DNA of 64,000 nucleotides, taken from positions 675,568-739,567 of the forward strand of contig CAVRZT010000001.1 in assembly GCA_963725775.1 (NCBI GenBank). The letters run 5' to 3'. Under the pieces are notes generated by a model, which worked only from the letters and a program-made list of their open reading frames with translations, did not search any database and had not been told where the DNA came from. The stretch comes from an uncultured Actinomycetes bacterium (lineage in GTDB: Bacteria > Actinomycetota > Acidimicrobiia > IMCC26256 > DASPTH01). Positions 59,809-64,000 of the stretch are shown here, piece by piece. The stretch's first letter is position 1; the number at the start of each line of letters is the position of its first letter. Position numbers and translations under genes: made by a program.

Positions 59809-61010
59809 TCACCGGTCCTTGCTGATGATGAGGCCGCTGCTGGGCGACGGGCTGGAGCCGGCGATGACCAACACGTTCTCGGCGTCGGGCACCTGGTTGT
59901 TGGCGTCGCCCCGCACCTGATGCACCGCTTCGAACACGTGGGTCATGCCGTGGGCGTAGACCTCGGCGAGATTCCCGCCGTGGGTGTTCACCGGCAATCT
60001 GCTCCCGAGGCGCAGGTTCCCGTCGGCGACGTACGGGCCACCCTCGCCCTTCGGGCAGATGCCGAAGTCCTCGAGCGACATGATCGCCATCGCGGTGAAG
60101 TGGTCGTACACCATGACCGCGTCGAGATCGGCGACGTCGCGACCGCTCACGCGGTAGAGCTCCTCGGCGGCGGCGCGCTGTCCCGCGGACGCGAAGTCGT
60201 CGTCGGGCATGTTGTAGCTGCCCATCAACGCGTGGCCGTACCGGTAGGGCGCCGCGCCGACCGCACCCGCGAGGTACGCAGGCGACTGGCGGAGGTCCTT
60301 CGCGCGTTCGGCGGTGGTGACGATCGCCGCGCAGCCGTAGTCGGATTCCATGCAGAAGTCGAAGAGGCGCAGGGGATCGGCGATCATCGGGCTGGCGTGA
60401 TGGTCCTCGATCGTGCACGGAACGCGGAAGCGCGCTTCGGGGTTGTTGGCGGCCATGAGCCGCGCGTTGATCGTGACCTCGGCGAACTGGTCGTGGGTCG
60501 TGCCGTACCGGTGCATGTGCCGGCGCGCCGCCAATGCGAACATCTGGCCCGGCGACTGCAGGCCGTAGGGCACCGCGAACGCCATCGGTCCCGGGATCAC
60601 CGGGTTCTTCATCCCGATCTGCCCGAACGCCTGCCCGTAGCGGTTGTGGCCCTCCATGGTCATGACCTTGTGGACCACGACGTAGTTGGCCTGCCCGCTC
60701 GCGACCGCGAGCGTGGCGTTGAGGAAGGCTCCCCCCATGGCCCCACCGCCGCCACCCCAGGTCTGGGTCGCGAAGCGCAGTTGCTCCGCGCCGAACGCGG
60801 TGAAGAGCTCGGCCGGGTCGATGTTGGTGACGTACGAGCTGTACCCGTCGACCTCGCGGGCGAGATGCCGGCGTCCTCGCACGCGTTCGTGATCGCCTCG
60901 ACCACGAGGCGCAGGTGACCCTTCGCCGTGTGCTCGCCCCGCTTGCCCCAGGGCGTGTGCCCGATGCCGGCGACGGCGGTGCGGCCGCGCAACCACGTGC
61001 CGGCGTCCAT
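59809..61010 (-). pseudogene. SCP-x/nsLTP-type thiolase-like protein, one frameshift near the 5' end
   Basis: The N-terminus MDAGTWLRGRTAVAGIGHTPWGKRGEHTAKGHLRLVVEAITNACEDAGISP is in ORF 60660..61208. The rest (REVDGYSSYVTN..THGGNLAEVYAHGMTHVFEAVHQVRG) is in ORF 59809..61047. The switch is at the CCC run near 60866. Confidence 0.75.
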
Positions 61011-61112
61011 CAGGCGCACGCTTGCACGCCGCAACGGATGCGGGCAAGGAGAGCAGTGCGGCGCGCCGCGATCTGTCTGACCTTTCCCTCCGGTTCGGGT
61101 AGCGTCGCCGCC

Positions 61113-62235
61113 GTGTTGCAACTCGGACTCCGACTCGAGCTCTACCGGTCCGCGACCATCCGGGTGCCCTACGACCTGGTGCAGCTCGCCGAGCGGCTCG
61201 GCTTCCACTCGGTGTGGACAGCCGAGGCGTACGGGGCCGATGCGATGACCCCGCTGGCGGCGATCGCGGCCACCACCGAGCGCATCAAGCTGGGAACGGC
61301 CGTGGTGCAGCTGGCCGGTCGCCCGCCGGCGATGCTCGGCATGCAGGCGATGACGGTCGACGCGCTGGCCGGCGGCGGGCGCATGATCGTGGGCATCGGC
61401 CTCTCGGGCCCGCAGATCGTCGAGGGGTGGTACGGCCAGCCGTGGGGCAAGCCCAACGCGCGGTCTGCGCGACTACGTCACGATCCTGCGTGACGTCCTG
61501 CGGCGCGAAGGTCCGGTCACCCACGACGGTCCGGAGATCTCGCTGCCGTACGCCGGTCCCGGCGCGCTGGGCCAGGGCAAGCCGCTGAAGTCGATCCTGC
61601 ACGCGCTGTCCGACATCCCGATCTGGCTGGCGTCGGTAGGTCCGCGCAACACCGCGCTCTGCGCCGAGCTGTGCGACGGCTGGTTGCCGATGGGCCTGCC
61701 GCCTCGGGGCACCGACGACCCCGACGTCGCCACCGCCCTCGACGCCGGCTTCGCCCGTCGCACCGACGGCCGCGGTCCCGGCACCTTCGACGTGTTCAAC
61801 GGGCTCACCGTGAAGATCACCGACGACGTCAAGGGCTGGCTCGACAGCATCCGCCCGTACCGCGCCACGTACGTCGGCGGCATGGGCAGCGCGTCGCACA
61901 ACTACCACGTCGAGTCGATGGCCAAGCGCGGCTTCGCCGACGACGCGGCGCGCATCCAGGAGCTGTTCCTCGCCGGCCGGCGCGAGGACGCGATCGCGGC
62001 GATGCCCGATGAGGCGCTGCTCCAGGGCACGCTGGTCGGCACGCCCGCGAGCATCCGGCAGCAGTGGGAAGCGGGTGGCATCGTGCCGCCGGGCGTCACC
62101 GGTGTCATCGTGGGAGCAGATCGGCCCGACGAGCTCGAGCTCGTCGCCGAACTCACGGGAGCACGAGAAGATGCAGTGGAGGCGTGGCCGGATGGCCGGG
62201 ACGCCGGAACGGAATCGACCGATCGAAATGGCTGA
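61113..62235 (+). pseudogene. LLM-class F420-dependent oxidoreductase, one frameshift
   Basis: MLQLGLRLELY..FHSVWTAEAYGADAMTPLAAIAATTERIKLGTAV..GWYGQPWGKPNAR then continues in another frame (LRDYVTILRDVLRREGPVTHDG..DGWLPMG..). The switch is near 61461. The 3' end is uncertain. Confidence 0.7.
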
Positions 62236-63727
62236 GCTGCGCGACGACTGGGACTCCACCCTCGCCGACCTCGAGCAGCGCCGGGCCGCCGGTCGCGCCA
62301 TGGGCGGGCCCGAGCGGCTGGCCAAGCACCACGGTCAAGGGAAGCTCGACGCCCGCGCCCGCATCGACGCGCTCGTCGACCCCGGTTCCTTCATGGAGCT
62401 GGGCACGTTGACGGGAGGCGACGAGGCACCGTCCGAAGCCATCGTGCTCGGCTCGGGTCGCGTGAGCGGTCGTCCCGTGATCGTCGCCGCCGAGGACTTC
62501 ACCGTGCTCGCGGGCACGATCAGCCACACCGCGAACTCGAAGCGCTACCGCGCCGCGGAGCTCGCGGTGCGCGACCGGGTGCCGTTGGTGATGATGCTCG
62601 ACGGCGCCGGCTTCCGGGCCGACGGCAAGGTGTACGGCCGGGCACCGACCGACCTGCTGTCGCAGTCGCGCTGCTCGGGCCAAGTGCCGCTCATCACCGC
62701 GGTGCTCGGCTCGTCGGCCGGTCACGGCGCGTTGGTCGCACCCATGTCCGACTTCTCGGTGATGAGCGCGGACGCGGCCATCTTCACCGCCGGCCCGCCG
62801 GTGGTGCTCGAGTCGCTGGGCGAGACGGTCACCAAGGAGGACCTCGGCGGACCGTCGGTCGCGATTCCGAGTGGCCTCATCCACAACGTGGCGCCCGACG
62901 ACGAGGCCGCGCTCGAGCTCGTGCGGCTCTACCTCAGCTACTTCCCGTCGTCGGCGTGGTCGTACCCGCCCGACTACACCCACGACGACACCGCGCCGCG
63001 CCTCGTCGAGGAGATCCTCGACATCGTGCCTCGCGACGGCAAGCGCGTGTACGACGTGCGTGACGTCATCGACGTGGTCGTCGACCAGTCGTCGTGGTTC
63101 GAGGTGCAGCCCGACTTCGGCAAGTCGGTCGTCACCGCGCTCGCGCACCTCGGGGGCCACCCGGTCGCGGTCATCGCCAACCAGCCCCAGGTGTTCGCGG
63201 GCTCCATCGACGTCGACGGCGCCGACAAGGCATCGCACTTCATCACCGTCGCCGACTCCTTCCACCTGCCTCTGGTGTTCCTCGCCGACAACCCCGGCGT
63301 GCTGCCCGGCACCGCGTCGGAGCGCCGCGGCATCCTGCGCGCCGGTGCGCGGATGTTCGCGGCGCAGACGATGGCGACGGCACCGAAGTTCGAGGTGACC
63401 CTGCGTAAGGCCTACGGCTTCGGCTCCATGGTGATGGGCATGATCGGCTTCGACAACCAGTCGGCCGTGTTCGCACTGCCCGGCGCCACGATGGGCGCGA
63501 TGGGCGCGGCGGCGATGAGCCGGTCGCGCGGCTCCGACGTCGACGAGGCCGAGTTGCTCAAGAAGATGGAGCTCGAGGCGTCGTACCGCTCGGCGCAGGG
63601 CTTCGGCTTCGACGAGCTCATCGACCCGCGGGAGATCCGCAACGTGCTGCTGCACTCGCTCGAGCGCGCGCTGTACCAGCGCCAGACACCGGCCGAGCCG
63701 GTCCGGCGCGTGGCGATCACGCCGTAG
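62228..63727 (+). CDS. Acyl-CoA carboxylase carboxyltransferase (beta) subunit
   Basis: About 499 aa. GGPERLAKHHGQGKLDARARIDALVDPGSF and paired crotonase-like domains. Alternative start ATG 62171. Confidence 0.85.
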   Translation: MAELRDDWDSTLADLEQRRAAGRAMGGPERLAKHHGQGKLDARARIDALVDPGSFMELGTLTGGDEAPSEAIVLGSGRVSGRPVIVAAEDFTVLAGTISHTANSKRYRAAELAVRDRVPLVMMLDGAGFRADGKVYGRAPTDLLSQSRCSGQVPLITAVLGSSAGHGALVAPMSDFSVMSADAAIFTAGPPVVLESLGETVTKEDLGGPSVAIPSGLIHNVAPDDEAALELVRLYLSYFPSSAWSYPPDYTHDDTAPRLVEEILDIVPRDGKRVYDVRDVIDVVVDQSSWFEVQPDFGKSVVTALAHLGGHPVAVIANQPQVFAGSIDVDGADKASHFITVADSFHLPLVFLADNPGVLPGTASERRGILRAGARMFAAQTMATAPKFEVTLRKAYGFGSMVMGMIGFDNQSAVFALPGATMGAMGAAAMSRSRGSDVDEAELLKKMELEASYRSAQGFGFDELIDPREIRNVLLHSLERALYQRQTPAEPVRRVAITP

Positions 63728-63730
63728 CGG

Positions 63731-64000
63731 CTACGTCGCTTCCAACAGCCGGTCGAGCGCGTTGCTGATGGGGTTGTCGTAGCCGAACGGCTCGGGCGAA
63801 TAGCCCATCGCGACCAGCAACGTGCTCAGGCGCAGCATCACGACGGTGAAGCGCAGCGCGGCGAACACCAGGAACCATTGCAGATCGCCGGCCTCGCGTC
63901 CGGTGAGCTCCTCCCAGCGCTCGACCGTCGCCGCGGCGCTCGGGAAGCCGGGCAGGCGCGATCCGCCCGTCCCGGTGGAGAGCACGTCGTCGCAGAAGAT
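63731..64000 (-). CDS. Phosphotransferase (APH-like) family protein, C-terminal part only
   Basis: The frame stays open to the window edge (IFCDDVLSTGTGGSRLPGFPS..ERWEELTGREAGDLQWFLVFAALRF). This is the typical tail of ACAD-associated APH-family proteins. Confidence 0.55.
   Translation of the reverse strand: MFCDDVLSTGTGGSRLPGFPSAAATVERWEELTGREAGDLQWFLVFAALRFTVVMLRLSTLLVAMGYSPEPFGYDNPISNALDRLLEAT

Overview
High-GC (about 70%) chromosomal segment of actinobacterial type. I found no rRNA, tRNA, CRISPR array, transposase or integrase. All function calls rest on motifs recognised by eye, since no search could be run. About 60 genes are supportable. Most belong to a catabolic island for CoA-thioester (lipid, sterol or isoprenoid-like) substrates. 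It holds four acyl-CoA dehydrogenase loci including an overlapping pair, two crotonases, and family-III CoA-transferases, one of them racemase-like. It also holds two DUF35 plus SCP-x-type thiolase pairs, five amidohydrolase_2-type genes, an aldehyde dehydrogenase, an acyl-CoA synthetase and a carboxyltransferase. A P450 plus Zn-alcohol dehydrogenase pair, SDRs, NTF2/SnoaL-like proteins, F420-type enzymes, several alpha/beta hydrolases, two solute-binding proteins and three TetR regulators complete it. At 45-51 kb sits a separate envelope/metal module: a ZIP transporter, uppP, an OmpR/HK two-component system and a GT-C glycosyltransferase. Main second-look items follow. (1) A perfect 56-bp x 3.4 intergenic tandem repeat whose units chain GTGA-overlapped mini-ORFs between two genes, like a MIRU VNTR. 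(2) A 17-bp palindrome, TCTGACGG-N-CCGTCAGA, recurs at five promoter-proximal sites and is a candidate operator. (3) TTCAG-N6-TTCAG direct repeats lie upstream of uppP, the response regulator and the glycosyltransferase. (4) A 5.1-kb operon is riddled with frameshifts plus an in-frame TAG, yet is bounded by intact genes, and an intact-looking paralogous triad lies at 58-61 kb. (5) Two lower-GC patches carry gene fragments. Single frameshifts also interrupt about eight other conserved genes. I cannot tell sequencing indels from real pseudogenes using the sequence alone.
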